Source: Candidatus Daviesbacteria bacterium RIFCSPHIGHO2_01_FULL_41_45
GTDB lineage: Bacteria; Patescibacteriota; Microgenomatia; Daviesbacterales; UBA10151
Length of the DNA stretch: 52,519 nucleotides
Direction: 5' to 3'
NCBI GenBank assembly: GCA_001776975.1
Contig: MFCS01000022.1
Span: 1 to 52,519 of the forward strand
The position numbers were made by a program, and so were the translations under genes. Positions 18,166 to 27,822 of this stretch are shown one piece after another (position 1 is the first letter of the stretch; every line of letters starts with the position of its first letter). A model generated the notes under the pieces. It saw only the letters and a list, made by a program, of their open reading frames with translations. It was not told the origin of the DNA and searched no databases.

Positions 18166-18605
18166 TAAGCGACTGTACCGTTCTCCCAAAGATGCATCGC
18201 CGTCTGTCTCAATCTGGTAGATCCAATTTTAGAAAGTGTGGATCGGCAAGCAGATAATGAATCTGAGAGTATTTTTTTAACTGATAACCCAGTAATTAAT
18301 GATCCAATCTCTGCTAAATACCTGGCCTGACCCCAATCTCCTCTAGTCCCCCGGTGATCTGTTTCCCCCACCATCTCTTCCGCTACCTGTCCCGCTAAAC
18401 AGGTAAAAATTGAATCATACAATCTCTCTCTGAGCGGACGGGTGGGATTCACCATTCCTGTAGCTCTACCTAAGCTTTCGCTGTCTGGGATAATTGAAGC
18501 AGAGAACACCCGACCAACTAAACGAAAGGCTATAATATGCCCCGCCTCATGAAAGGCCACTTTTAAACTATCGTTTGGGTGACGATTTTTGCGCTCTGGC
18601 TGCAT
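18162..18605 (-). CDS. stand-alone M41 (FtsH-like) zinc metallopeptidase domain
   Basis: AFHEAGH, LAGQVAEE, G..GD; no AAA or TM domain; start uncertain. Confidence 0.75.
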   Translation of the reverse strand: MQPERKNRHPNDSLKVAFHEAGHIIAFRLVGRVFSASIIPDSESLGRATGMVNPTRPLRERLYDSIFTCLAGQVAEEMVGETDHRGTRGDWGQARYLAEIGSLITGLSVKKILSDSLSACRSTLSKIGSTRLRQTAMHLWENGTVAY

Positions 18606-18975
18606 GGGCTAAACCATACTTCCTTCTCTCTCTAACCCTAGCATCTCTGGTTAATAACCCAAAAGTTCTTAAAGTTTTTCGATGATCATCGGAAAGTTTG
18701 GCTAAGGATCTGGAGATGCCAAGGGAGATAGCGTCTACTTGAGAAGATAGTCCTCCGCCTGCCACCTTAACAGTCGCAGTATATTTACCCATAGTTTTAG
18801 TAACCTCAAAGGGCTTTTGGTACTCTTTTTGAAAAATCATTCCGGTAAAAACTTCCGATATTGGCTTACCATTAACACTTACTGGAGATTTCCCCTCAAT
18901 AACTCTAACCCTGGCAATCGCCCCTTTTCTCCGACCGATCGATTGAGTGTAAGTGGGTTTACTAGTATTAGGCAC
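18568..18975 (-). CDS. rpsI: 30S ribosomal protein uS9
   Basis: GRRKGAIARV, LLTRDARVRERRKYG. Confidence 0.97.
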   Translation of the reverse strand: MPNTSKPTYTQSIGRRKGAIARVRVIEGKSPVSVNGKPISEVFTGMIFQKEYQKPFEVTKTMGKYTATVKVAGGGLSSQVDAISLGISRSLAKLSDDHRKTLRTFGLLTRDARVRERRKYGLAHAARAQKSSPKR

Positions 18976-19396
18976 TTTGCACCTCCTTTAACTGTTGTTT
19001 GAAGTTATGCTCATTACCAGCAAAAATATGCAACTTTTTCATCATGACTTTACCTAGTTTGGATTTTGGCACCATTCCTTTTATGGCATGTTTAATTATC
19101 TCCTCTGGTTTACTATTCCTAACCTCAGCTAAAGTTTGCACCCTAACTCCGCTTGGATAACCGGAATGCCTAAAATAAGTTTTCTGAGATTCTTTTTTAC
19201 CAGTCACCTTAACCTCTTTAGCATTTACCACCACTACAAAATCCCCGGTATCCAAATATGGGACATATTGGGCTTTGTGTTTACCCATTAACAATGTTGC
19301 CACCTCTGTAGCCAATCTTCCCAATACTTTTCCTTTGGCGTCAATCTTATGCCATGCTCGTCTTATATCTTTGTGTGATAACACATTAGTATTCAT
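18968..19396 (-). CDS. rplM: 50S ribosomal protein uL13
   Basis: LGRLAT, GKHK..Y.P, DTGDFVVVVNA. Confidence 0.98.
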   Translation of the reverse strand: MNTNVLSHKDIRRAWHKIDAKGKVLGRLATEVATLLMGKHKAQYVPYLDTGDFVVVVNAKEVKVTGKKESQKTYFRHSGYPSGVRVQTLAEVRNSKPEEIIKHAIKGMVPKSKLGKVMMKKLHIFAGNEHNFKQQLKEVQSA

Positions 19397-19839
19397 TACT
19401 TTTTAGTTGCCTTTCTAACTCTTTTTGGTTTTTCGACTGCCTCAATTATTTTCTCAGGAATCACCAATTGAGATGGACCTGCTGACTCACCGATTAAACT
19501 CATCTTAACCATCATCGCCCCATCACCTTGTCGTCTGCCCATCTTAACCAAAGTTGTAAACCCGGAGATGCGGTTTTTGTACCTGGGAGCCACCTCTTCT
19601 ACTAACTTTTTTCTGATATCAGGCCAGATAACAAATGACTCAACCTCTCTTAAGGACCCGCTGGTTCTTTTCTGAGACTTAGAGATCAAACTATCAACTA
19701 AACCTTTAATAGCTTTAGCTTTAGCCTCGGTAGTGGTAATCGATTCGGATATGAGAAGACTTCGAACTAACCCTCTAAATAATGAGGTTCTTTCATTTTT
19801 TGTTCGAGAGAGTCTTCTACCATAGACACTATGCCTCAC
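19396..19839 (-). CDS. rplQ: 50S ribosomal protein bL17
   Basis: MRH, ITTTEAKAK, RQGDGA. Confidence 0.96.
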   Translation of the reverse strand: MRHSVYGRRLSRTKNERTSLFRGLVRSLLISESITTTEAKAKAIKGLVDSLISKSQKRTSGSLREVESFVIWPDIRKKLVEEVAPRYKNRISGFTTLVKMGRRQGDGAMMVKMSLIGESAGPSQLVIPEKIIEAVEKPKRVRKATKK

Positions 19840-20737
19840 TAAGAGAAAGCCCCCTTTCAGACAACTTTTGAGAGATTAAATTAACTGATTGAACCCCTAA
19901 ATTTTTAGCTTTGAGTAAAGTTCCCTTAGGAACGGTTGTCAGTTTTTCAACACTATCAATCTCGATCGCTTTTAGAGCATTGGTAATTCTAACTGGTAAA
20001 TCCAACTCCTCAACTGATAATTTCAAAGCGCTATTAGCTAAAACCGGCTCTACCGCCACCTCTTCATCCAAAGTGGGGTTATAGATCTGTTTGAAATAAC
20101 CGCTGAGAATCCTGGAGGCAAGATGTAGAGCCTCCTCTGGCGGAGTAGTTCCATCAGTGGTTACATAAAGAGTTAATTTATCAAAGTTAGAAGATCTGCC
20201 AACCCTAGTTGGCTCAACTTTATACGAAACTTCAACGACTGGTGAGTAGATTGAATCAATTGGCAACACCCCGATCTCATTAGTCTTTTTATCATCCGCC
20301 ATAACATACCCCACACCTTTTTCAGCGGTCATCTCAATTGTTAATTTGGCTGTTGGTGAATTAAGTGAGGCCAGATGTAAATCCTTATTGATAATCTCAG
20401 CTGTTCCTAGAGTGTCAATATCTGAAGCCTTAACATCTTTTTTACCGGATACTTTTAATGAAAATTTGACCTGTTTATCTGAGTAAATACTTAGCCTGAC
20501 CTTTTTTAAGTTTAAAATTATCTCAATGACATCCTCAGAGATGCCAGGAATTGTTGAGAAAACATGAGAAACTCCACTAATCTTAACTGAGGAGATAGCT
20601 CCTCCTTCAAGTGAAGATAGCAACACTCGTCTTAACACGTTTCCAACAGTGTGACCAAAACCACGCTCTAGAGGTTCGAGAACAAAAGTGCCTTTATTCT
20701 CTTCAATATTTTCTAACGTTGTCTTAAAGTTCAACAT
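19829..20737 (-). CDS. rpoA: RNA polymerase subunit alpha
   Basis: EPLERGFGHTVGNVLRRVLLSS, DSIYSPV. Confidence 0.98.
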   Translation of the reverse strand: MLNFKTTLENIEENKGTFVLEPLERGFGHTVGNVLRRVLLSSLEGGAISSVKISGVSHVFSTIPGISEDVIEIILNLKKVRLSIYSDKQVKFSLKVSGKKDVKASDIDTLGTAEIINKDLHLASLNSPTAKLTIEMTAEKGVGYVMADDKKTNEIGVLPIDSIYSPVVEVSYKVEPTRVGRSSNFDKLTLYVTTDGTTPPEEALHLASRILSGYFKQIYNPTLDEEVAVEPVLANSALKLSVEELDLPVRITNALKAIEIDSVEKLTTVPKGTLLKAKNLGVQSVNLISQKLSERGLSLSEA

Positions 20738-20763
20738 AATAGTTATTACCGACTGTAAGCAGC

Positions 20764-21369
20764 CTACCGGCTATAGAACTCAACAATTAAGGACTCATTA
20801 ACCCCTTGCTCCATCTCGTCCCGCTGCGGTAATCTCACAACTTTACCTACAGTCGCCTTTCGCTCTAACCAGGGCGCAGGGTTTTCTGAATCCTTTAAAC
20901 TTTTTACAGTTTGTGTATTATCTAACATTTTACTTCTTATTGCAATAGTTTGCCCCACTTTGACCATATAGGAAGGAATGTCCACTTTTTTGCTATCTAC
21001 ATCAATGTGTCCGTGTGAAACCATCTGTCTAGCCCCTGCCCTAGAGGGAGAAAACCCCAACCTGTAGACTACATTATCTAATCTTGTTTCCAATTGACTC
21101 ATCAACGAATGGCCAGTATTTCCTTTAGATTTTGAAGCAGCAATGTAGTACCTTCGAAACTGTTTTTCCATTAAACCATAGATACGTTTAGTTTTTTGCT
21201 TGGCTCTAAGTTGAACTCCATACTCAGATAGTTTACGGGGACGACGTGACCCAGCATGTGGCCCAGGAACTACAGCTCCTTTTCGCTCAATAAAAGCAGC
21301 GTCCTTAGCAAACAAAGCCACCCCTTCTCGCCGACTTAATCTTCGTTTTGGTCCGGTATATCTTGCCAT
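20764..21369 (-). CDS. rpsD: 30S ribosomal protein uS4
   Basis: MARYTGP, LETRLDNVVYRLG, IVEFYSR. Confidence 0.98.
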   Translation of the reverse strand: MARYTGPKRRLSRREGVALFAKDAAFIERKGAVVPGPHAGSRRPRKLSEYGVQLRAKQKTKRIYGLMEKQFRRYYIAASKSKGNTGHSLMSQLETRLDNVVYRLGFSPSRAGARQMVSHGHIDVDSKKVDIPSYMVKVGQTIAIRSKMLDNTQTVKSLKDSENPAPWLERKATVGKVVRLPQRDEMEQGVNESLIVEFYSR

Positions 21370-21373
21370 TTAT

Positions 21374-21778
21374 TTAGGTTCTCCTTTTCTTTTTGGCCCG
21401 TGGCCCATTGTAAGGAACCGGGGTAACATCGGCAATCATGGTAATATTTAAACCTGCTCCACGTAAGGCTCTAATTGAGGCATCTCGACCTGGACCTGGA
21501 CCTTTGATATAAACCTCAGCCTGACCCATACCCAAAGCTTTAGCCTTAGTTGCCACCTTTTCAATGGCAGAGATTGCTGCAAACGGAGTAGCTCGCCTTG
21601 CCCCTTTAAATCCCGCTTCACCAGATGAAGACCAAGCTAGGGTATTTCCCTGTAAGTCTGTTAGCGTTATCAGGGTATTATTAAATGTAGCCGTTACATA
21701 AACCCGACCAGACAAGACCTGTTTTTGTGTAGCTGTCTTCTTGACTGATTTAGATGATTTAATCTGTTTCTTGGCCAT
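21374..21778 (-). CDS. rpsK: 30S ribosomal protein uS11
   Basis: ATFNNT, KGPGPGRD, DVTPVP. Confidence 0.98.
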   Translation of the reverse strand: MAKKQIKSSKSVKKTATQKQVLSGRVYVTATFNNTLITLTDLQGNTLAWSSSGEAGFKGARRATPFAAISAIEKVATKAKALGMGQAEVYIKGPGPGRDASIRALRGAGLNITMIADVTPVPYNGPRAKKKRRT

Positions 21779-21781
21779 TGA

Positions 21782-22177
21782 TTATGCTACTGGCTTTGTG
21801 CCAGCCGGAGCCTCCTTTTTGATTGCACCAATGGTCTTCCTCTTGCCCCTTTTAGTTCTAGCATTTGACCTAGTTCTTTGCCCACGAGAAGGCAATCCTT
21901 TGCGGTGACGAATACCCCGATAAGCCCCAATCTCCTCTAATCTTCTAATGTTAACTGAAATCTCTCTTTGTAAGTCTCCCTCCACTGTGAACTTTTCAAG
22001 CGCTTTTTGTAACTTCCCTACCTCTTCTTCAGTCAGATCTTTAATCCTCTTGGCTGGATCTACCTTACTTGCCTCTAAAAGCTGTATAACGTTGGCTCTG
22101 CCGATCCCATAGATATAAGTCAATCCTATGTCGGTTCTTTTTTCTGATGGTAACTCAACTCCTGAAATTCTTGCCAT
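21782..22177 (-). CDS. rpsM: 30S ribosomal protein uS13
   Basis: MARISG, YRGIRH, RGQRTRSNARTKRG. Confidence 0.98.
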   Translation of the reverse strand: MARISGVELPSEKRTDIGLTYIYGIGRANVIQLLEASKVDPAKRIKDLTEEEVGKLQKALEKFTVEGDLQREISVNIRRLEEIGAYRGIRHRKGLPSRGQRTRSNARTKRGKRKTIGAIKKEAPAGTKPVA

Positions 22178-22179
22178 AA

Positions 22180-22296
22180 TTATCCTTGCCTCTGTTTGTG
22201 TCTCGGGTCACGAGAACAGATGACGTATAAAACGCCCTCCCTTTTTACTACATTGCATGATGTGCATCTTTTTTTAATACTCGGTTGTACATGCAT
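22180..22296 (-). CDS. rpmJ: 50S ribosomal protein bL36 (38 aa, zinc-binding form)
   Basis: Hand translation [38 protein letters not shown], between infA and rpsM. Confidence 0.95.
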   Translation of the reverse strand: MHVQPSIKKRCTSCNVVKREGVLYVICSRDPRHKQRQG

Positions 22297-22299
22297 AAT

Positions 22300-22587
22300 T
22301 TACTTTATCCTAAAGGTAATTCTACCTTTCTCAATATCATACTTCGGACTCATCTCTACTCTAACCCTATCTCCGTTTAACAATCTAATATAATTCATGC
22401 GCATTTTACCTGAAATGTGAGCTAAAATCACCCTCCCAATCATCTCAGGCAATTCTACACTCCTCTCAACACTCACCCTAAATAGAGTGTTTGGTAACAC
22501 CTCAACCACTTTCCCCTCAACACTTATTACATCAGCGTTTTTAGAGACAGTTGAACCCCTTGCTAAAAAATCGCTTCTTCGACTCAT
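22300..22587 (-). CDS. infA: translation initiation factor IF-1
   Basis: [35 protein letters not shown]. Confidence 0.96.
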   Translation of the reverse strand: MSRRSDFLARGSTVSKNADVISVEGKVVEVLPNTLFRVSVERSVELPEMIGRVILAHISGKMRMNYIRLLNGDRVRVEMSPKYDIEKGRITFRIK

Positions 22588-22664
22588 AATTATGCAAGCA
22601 ATTATACCGCGAGCTTGCGAGCGAGTGTCTTTAACCGTACAATTCTATCAGATTTAGCCTGATA

Positions 22665-23438
22665 TTACAACCCAAAATTGTCTCTTCTCCTCCAATCAGT
22701 TAAAACTTCAGGACTATCACCAACGATAACTGTCATCTCAAATAGCCCAGCTAAGGACTGATCCTCTGAAGAAATTGTCCAACCATCCTCTATCGTCACT
22801 ACCCTGCCTGATCCGGCAGTATATATTGCCTCAATTGCCAGGGTCATCCCTGATTGAAGTTCCAATCCAGTATTTTTTTCCCCAAACGTTGGAACCTCAG
22901 GATCCTCATGCCCAGATCTACCAACTCCATGCCCACACAAACTTCTAACAACATTATATCCTGCATTTTCTATCACCTCTTGCAAAGCACAGGAGATGTC
23001 TCCAATTTTATTGCCAGCCTGAGCCTGTTTTATTCCGGCCCACATAGCCTCCTCTCCTATCGTCAAAAGTTTGCTATTGCCTGACTCTGTCGACCCTGCA
23101 ACCATCACTGTCCAAGCTGCATCAGTGTGCCATCCATCTACCTCTGCTCCAAAATCAATTTTTAGAATGTCCCCTGACTTTAAAATAATATTTCTCGGCA
23201 AACCATGAACCACCTCTGAGTTAACGTTCAGACAAGTCGCAAAATGATAACCAGGAACGCTCTTAAATGAGGCCCTGGCCTTTAATATTTCTAACTCCCT
23301 ATTTGCCAACGCCTCCAGATCCAACAGATTAACTCCCGGCTTAACAGCTGCAATTAATTTTTTCAGAATTAGAGCTGTTACCTGACCTGATTTGCGCATC
23401 ACCTGCAACTCGTCTTTAGTCTTTATTAAATGACTCAT
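22665..23438 (-). CDS. map: methionine aminopeptidase type I
   Basis: VVHGLP, D-x10-D, GHGVG...HEDP, LAIE. Confidence 0.95.
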   Translation of the reverse strand: MSHLIKTKDELQVMRKSGQVTALILKKLIAAVKPGVNLLDLEALANRELEILKARASFKSVPGYHFATCLNVNSEVVHGLPRNIILKSGDILKIDFGAEVDGWHTDAAWTVMVAGSTESGNSKLLTIGEEAMWAGIKQAQAGNKIGDISCALQEVIENAGYNVVRSLCGHGVGRSGHEDPEVPTFGEKNTGLELQSGMTLAIEAIYTAGSGRVVTIEDGWTISSEDQSLAGLFEMTVIVGDSPEVLTDWRRRDNFGL

Positions 23439-23959
23439 ATTTGCTCCTCAATACTTTGGAAGACCTCATCCTGATTTTTATTACCATCTATATTTATCAA
23501 AATTCCCAAATCTTGATAGTGATTTAAAACCTCTTTAGTTTTTTGATGAAAGATCTCTAGTCTTCTTTTAATTCCGGCTGGGGTATCATCTACTCTGCCT
23601 CTTTTACTAAGCCTTTCAATAGCTACTTCATCAGATATTTCCAGGTAAAAAACCTTTTGATACTGGGGATCAAAGTCTGCCAGCTGTTTCAGTGAACGGG
23701 GATAACCGTCAACAATAAAACCATTTTGACAATCCATCTCCTGCAATCTTATTTTCAAAATTTCTGCTGCTATCTCATTGGCAACTAAGTTACCTGACTC
23801 TACAGCTTCCTGAATACTTTTACCAATAACGTCATTGATCTCTCCCCGATCCCGGATCAACTGGCCAGTATCCACAACACACACATCTAATTTTTCAGCT
23901 AAAAGCTTCGACTGGGTGCTCTTGCCAGAGCCTTGTGAACCCATGATACCAATTCTCAT
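23435..23959 (-). CDS. adk: adenylate kinase, short form lacking LID
   Basis: GSQGSGKST, DGYPR, RGRVDDT; ATG 23959 overlaps the purD TGA. Confidence 0.92.
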   Translation of the reverse strand: MRIGIMGSQGSGKSTQSKLLAEKLDVCVVDTGQLIRDRGEINDVIGKSIQEAVESGNLVANEIAAEILKIRLQEMDCQNGFIVDGYPRSLKQLADFDPQYQKVFYLEISDEVAIERLSKRGRVDDTPAGIKRRLEIFHQKTKEVLNHYQDLGILINIDGNKNQDEVFQSIEEQI

Positions 23960-25275
23960 TGGTATGCCCCTTCTTTTATCCGTTTTATAAGTCCAAACTG
24001 GCCGATACAATCTCGATAATGCTGGACTGGTAGGCTAACTGACCCCTGACGAAGTGGGGAATAGGCTCTGGAGATAGCCCTAGATAATGTTTCCCCAAAT
24101 GCAGCAACCGTTAAGATTCGCCCCAAACCAGTTGTTACTACCTTGTCACCATCTAAGACAGTTCCTGAGTGAAATACTTGGACATCTGCTCCAAAATTCT
24201 CATCTGCTCCTCTAATATTCCGTCCAATATCTACAAAACGATTGGATTGCAAAGCCTCTAAAACTACTGCTACTCCAAATCCCTCTTTAAAACTCAACGT
24301 ATTGGGGTTCAATCTACCAGCTGCACAAGCTTTCATGGTCGCCAGCAAATCCCCCTGGCAAAGCATCATTAAAGCCTGAGTTTCCGGATCCCCCAACCGA
24401 ACATTCCATTCCAAAACTTTTGGTCCATCCTCTGTCACCATTAAACCCGCATATAAAGCCCCCCTAAAGAAATGGCCTTCTTCCCTCATTCCTTGCACAG
24501 CTTTTTCTAAGATACTTTTCTGAATACAATTTCTTAACTCAGGGGTTATCTGAGGAACTGGAGCATAAGCTCCTTTACCACCGGTGTTTGGGTTATCTCC
24601 CTCATAATCATCATCAAATCTTTTTTTATGATCCTGGGATTCCGGGAGATAAATAATGCTCTCACCATCAGTTATTATCTGAGCTGAGACCTCAAAGCCA
24701 TTAATTTTCTCTTGAATAACAACACCAGTCTCGCCCGATCTAGAATATCCACCAGCTACTAGCTCTCTAATACGATCTCGGGCCAGTTGTTTATCCGTGC
24801 CCACGACAAAAACTGCTTTACCTCCTGCCAAACCATCACCTTTAACAACCATTGGCCAATCTATACTATTTACACCAGCTAGGGCATCTACTGGGCGAGT
24901 ATAGCTGCGAAACCCAGGTTGAGGAATACCATGATCTCGGTTAAATCTAACGCCCTCTATCTTACTAGATTCCAGTCTAGCTATATTTTGAGTTGGCCCA
25001 AATACCAAAATACCTGCTTCTTTAAATTGATCAACTGCTCCCAAGTTTAGCTGATTCTCAGAGCTAATAAAAGCAAGTCCCACCTGATTATCTTTGGACC
25101 ACCTAATTTGGCGCTCAAAATCATTAGGGTCAATATTTAAATCTACTCCTAGGTAAGCAGTCCCGGCATTAACAGCGGGAAATACTAGCTCAATTTCACT
25201 TTTTGTGGTTTGGAGAATCTTCCAAGCGATTGAGTGAGATCTAGCGTCTCGACCGTTAATTAAAACCCTCTCCAT
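23956..25275 (-). CDS. purD: PurD-like ATP-grasp ligase (phosphoribosylamine-glycine ligase family), divergent
   Basis: LESSK, KGDGLAGGKAV, QDHK...NTGG.GAYAP, LEWNVRLGDPETQ, VFHSGT. Confidence 0.85.
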   Translation of the reverse strand: MERVLINGRDARSHSIAWKILQTTKSEIELVFPAVNAGTAYLGVDLNIDPNDFERQIRWSKDNQVGLAFISSENQLNLGAVDQFKEAGILVFGPTQNIARLESSKIEGVRFNRDHGIPQPGFRSYTRPVDALAGVNSIDWPMVVKGDGLAGGKAVFVVGTDKQLARDRIRELVAGGYSRSGETGVVIQEKINGFEVSAQIITDGESIIYLPESQDHKKRFDDDYEGDNPNTGGKGAYAPVPQITPELRNCIQKSILEKAVQGMREEGHFFRGALYAGLMVTEDGPKVLEWNVRLGDPETQALMMLCQGDLLATMKACAAGRLNPNTLSFKEGFGVAVVLEALQSNRFVDIGRNIRGADENFGADVQVFHSGTVLDGDKVVTTGLGRILTVAAFGETLSRAISRAYSPLRQGSVSLPVQHYRDCIGQFGLIKRIKEGAYQ

Positions 25276-26565
25276 TTATCTTAAAAATCCCTCGTAGTTT
25301 CGTTCAATTAACTTACTCTCAAATTGCTTGACTGTATCCATCACCACAGACACAACAATTAATAATCCCGTTCCTCCCAAAGCTAGTGTGGAGATGCCAG
25401 TGAAAGATGAAGCCATGGTAGGCAAAACTGCAATTGCTCCTAAAAATACCGCTCCTGCCAAAGTTATCCTGGAAAGAACATAATTTAAATAACTAGCAGT
25501 AGCAGCCCCGGGACGAATACCAGGTATAAAGGCTCCTCCTTTTTTAATTTCATCAGCTATTTTAGTCGGATTAAAGACCACTGCGGTATAAAAGTAAGTA
25601 AAGGCAATGATTAATAAAAAGTAACTTAGGTTGTACCAAATTCCAGTCACCGCAAAGTTGGTAATTAACCATCTACCTATTAGGTTTAGTTGCGGTTGAG
25701 AAACGCCGGACAGGTATTGACCGCCAAATGAAGGTATTAAAACTAAAGATACAGCAAAGATAATTGGGATTACCCCAGCCTGGTTTACTCGTAGCGGTAG
25801 GTAGGTCGAAGCTCCACCCACCTCACGTCCTCCAACAAACCGCCTAGCATAGTTGACTGCAATCTGTCGTCGCCCTTCATTAATAAAGACTACCGCTGCT
25901 GTAACCAATATTCCCAGCCCAGCAAACATCAATAAATTTAACAGCTGTTGTTGATCTACAACCGAGGCAGTTTGATATAAACTGACCGGAGCTTGAGCAA
26001 CAATCCCAGCAAAAATTAATATTGAGATTCCATTTCCAATTCCGTATTCAGTAATTAACTCCCCAATCCACATTACAAATAAAGTCCCGGCACACATAGT
26101 AACCACAATTGTTAAAATACTAATCAAATTTGTTTGGTTAATTACCCCCTGATTTTTAAGCAGGGTATACATGCCAATTGATTGGAGAATGGCTAGGGGA
26201 ACTGTCAGATATCTTGTATATTGAGTAATTTTTTGTTTTCCATACTCACCTTCTTTGGATAATGCCTCTAGTGTTGGAAAAACCATAGTTAAAAGCTGCA
26301 TGATGATTGAGGCATTAATATAAGGATTTAGTCCCAATGAGATTACTGAAAAATTCGCTAAAGTCCCTCCGGAGAAAATATCTAGTAACCCCAAAAATTG
26401 ATTACCTGCAAATAAATTTTTCAGCGACGGCAAATCAACTCCACCTGCCGGAATGTGCGCAGCTATGCGGTAAATTATGATCAGCAGAGTAGTTATGAGT
26501 AGTTTGCGTCGTAAATCAGGTACTTTTAGTGCATTAATTAAAGGGTTAATCCAGTTAGACACCAA
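25276..26565 (-). CDS. secY: preprotein translocase SecY
   Basis: LGLNPYINASII, GIGNGIS, AGVIPIIFA, IPGIRPG. Confidence 0.98.
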   Translation of the reverse strand: MVSNWINPLINALKVPDLRRKLLITTLLIIIYRIAAHIPAGGVDLPSLKNLFAGNQFLGLLDIFSGGTLANFSVISLGLNPYINASIIMQLLTMVFPTLEALSKEGEYGKQKITQYTRYLTVPLAILQSIGMYTLLKNQGVINQTNLISILTIVVTMCAGTLFVMWIGELITEYGIGNGISILIFAGIVAQAPVSLYQTASVVDQQQLLNLLMFAGLGILVTAAVVFINEGRRQIAVNYARRFVGGREVGGASTYLPLRVNQAGVIPIIFAVSLVLIPSFGGQYLSGVSQPQLNLIGRWLITNFAVTGIWYNLSYFLLIIAFTYFYTAVVFNPTKIADEIKKGGAFIPGIRPGAATASYLNYVLSRITLAGAVFLGAIAVLPTMASSFTGISTLALGGTGLLIVVSVVMDTVKQFESKLIERNYEGFLR

Positions 26566-26995
26566 GCACCTTCCCGCCCGCCTTAATGATGGTGGATTTG
26601 GCTGAGGCAGTTGTTGGCAAAACTACGTTTAAGGGAACCCGCAAATCTGATTTACCAACTAGCTTGACCCCTTTAGTTAGCGCGTCTTTCGGATCAACAA
26701 TTTTGCTTTCAATCAACAAAGCTACGGTAATCTCTGTCCCAGATTTGAATATGGATAATTTCTCTACCGAAACTGGTAAAAACTTTGGGCTAACCTTGCT
26801 GTTTCCCAATCCCCTTTTGAAAGGCAGTTTCTTATAGATGGCTAGGGTTCCACCAATGAATCCCAAAGCCACCTTACCCCTAGCTTTTTGTCCCTTAGTA
26901 CCACGAGCTGAGGTCTTACCTTTACCAGATCCTGCACCACGTCCTAATCTTTTCCCAGATCTGGCAGCTAATTTTGGCAACTGATGTAGCTTCAT
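26555..26995 (-). CDS. rplO: 50S ribosomal protein uL15
   Basis: RLGRGAGSGKGKTSARGTKGQKAR. Confidence 0.97.
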   Translation of the reverse strand: MKLHQLPKLAARSGKRLGRGAGSGKGKTSARGTKGQKARGKVALGFIGGTLAIYKKLPFKRGLGNSKVSPKFLPVSVEKLSIFKSGTEITVALLIESKIVDPKDALTKGVKLVGKSDLRVPLNVVLPTTASAKSTIIKAGGKVLGV

Positions 26996-27471
26996 GGCTT
27001 ACTCCCTTTTTTAGATTCTCTAATAATTGGTTTTAACTGTTGCAGTGCTTCTAGTGTAGCATAGACATTTGAGGCTCGATTAGATGTCCCTAAAATCTTA
27101 GAGACTACATCTAAGATTCCTGCTGCCTCTACCACCACTCTAACTGCTCCACCAGCGATGATCCCAGTTCCGCTCTTGGCTGGACGAATCATCACCTTGG
27201 CTGCCCCACGTTTGATTAAAACTGTATGAGGAATCGTTCGGTTCTCTTTTAGGGGAACCTCTATCAGATGACGTTTGGCGTAAGCCGTAGCTTTTTTGAC
27301 TGCAGACTGAACATCGGCCGCTTTCCCTAAGCCGACCCCGACCCTACCTTTTTTATCCCCAACCACCACTAATACCGAAAGAGATCTTTTATCCCCTCCC
27401 TTAGTTTTTTTGGAGACCCGGTTTACTTGCACCACTCTCTCGAAATATTCAGGATTCACATTATTATCCAT
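26992..27471 (-). CDS. rpsE: 30S ribosomal protein uS5
   Basis: RVSKKTKGG, VVVGDKKGRVG, GTGIIAGG. Confidence 0.97.
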   Translation of the reverse strand: MDNNVNPEYFERVVQVNRVSKKTKGGDKRSLSVLVVVGDKKGRVGVGLGKAADVQSAVKKATAYAKRHLIEVPLKENRTIPHTVLIKRGAAKVMIRPAKSGTGIIAGGAVRVVVEAAGILDVVSKILGTSNRASNVYATLEALQQLKPIIRESKKGSKP

Positions 27472-27473
27472 AG

Positions 27474-27821
27474 TTAAAACTGTAAACCTCCCTCTCTTGC
27501 ACCTTTAGCTACTTGAGCAATTCTACCATGATATAAAAATCCACCCCTATCAAAGACAACTTTTTTGATACCTTTTTTAACAGCACCAAGCGCCACTTTT
27601 TTTCCTACCTCAAAAGCCTTGTCGCTTTTTTTACCCTGAGAAGAATCCTTTAAATCCGACCCTGATACCAAGGTCTCTTTTTTGAGATCATCAATAATTT
27701 GTGCATAGATGTGTGAGTGTGATCTAAACACCGCCAACCTGGGACAATCTTTAGTTCCCATAACAACTCTTCTAATTCTTTTATGTCTAGTTTGTCTTTT
27801 TAACAACTTGGATTTTTTCAT
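27474..27821 (-). CDS. rplR: 50S ribosomal protein uL18
   Basis: PRLAVFRS, FDRGGFLYHGR. Confidence 0.97.
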   Translation of the reverse strand: MKKSKLLKRQTRHKRIRRVVMGTKDCPRLAVFRSHSHIYAQIIDDLKKETLVSGSDLKDSSQGKKSDKAFEVGKKVALGAVKKGIKKVVFDRGGFLYHGRIAQVAKGAREGGLQF

Positions 27822-27822
27822 A

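Noticed and set aside
18568-18580. Programmed frameshift fusing uS9 to the M41 domain
   Set aside because: The C CCA AAC heptamer is not in the rpsI frame, no stimulatory structure is seen, and ordinary ATG/GTG starts exist
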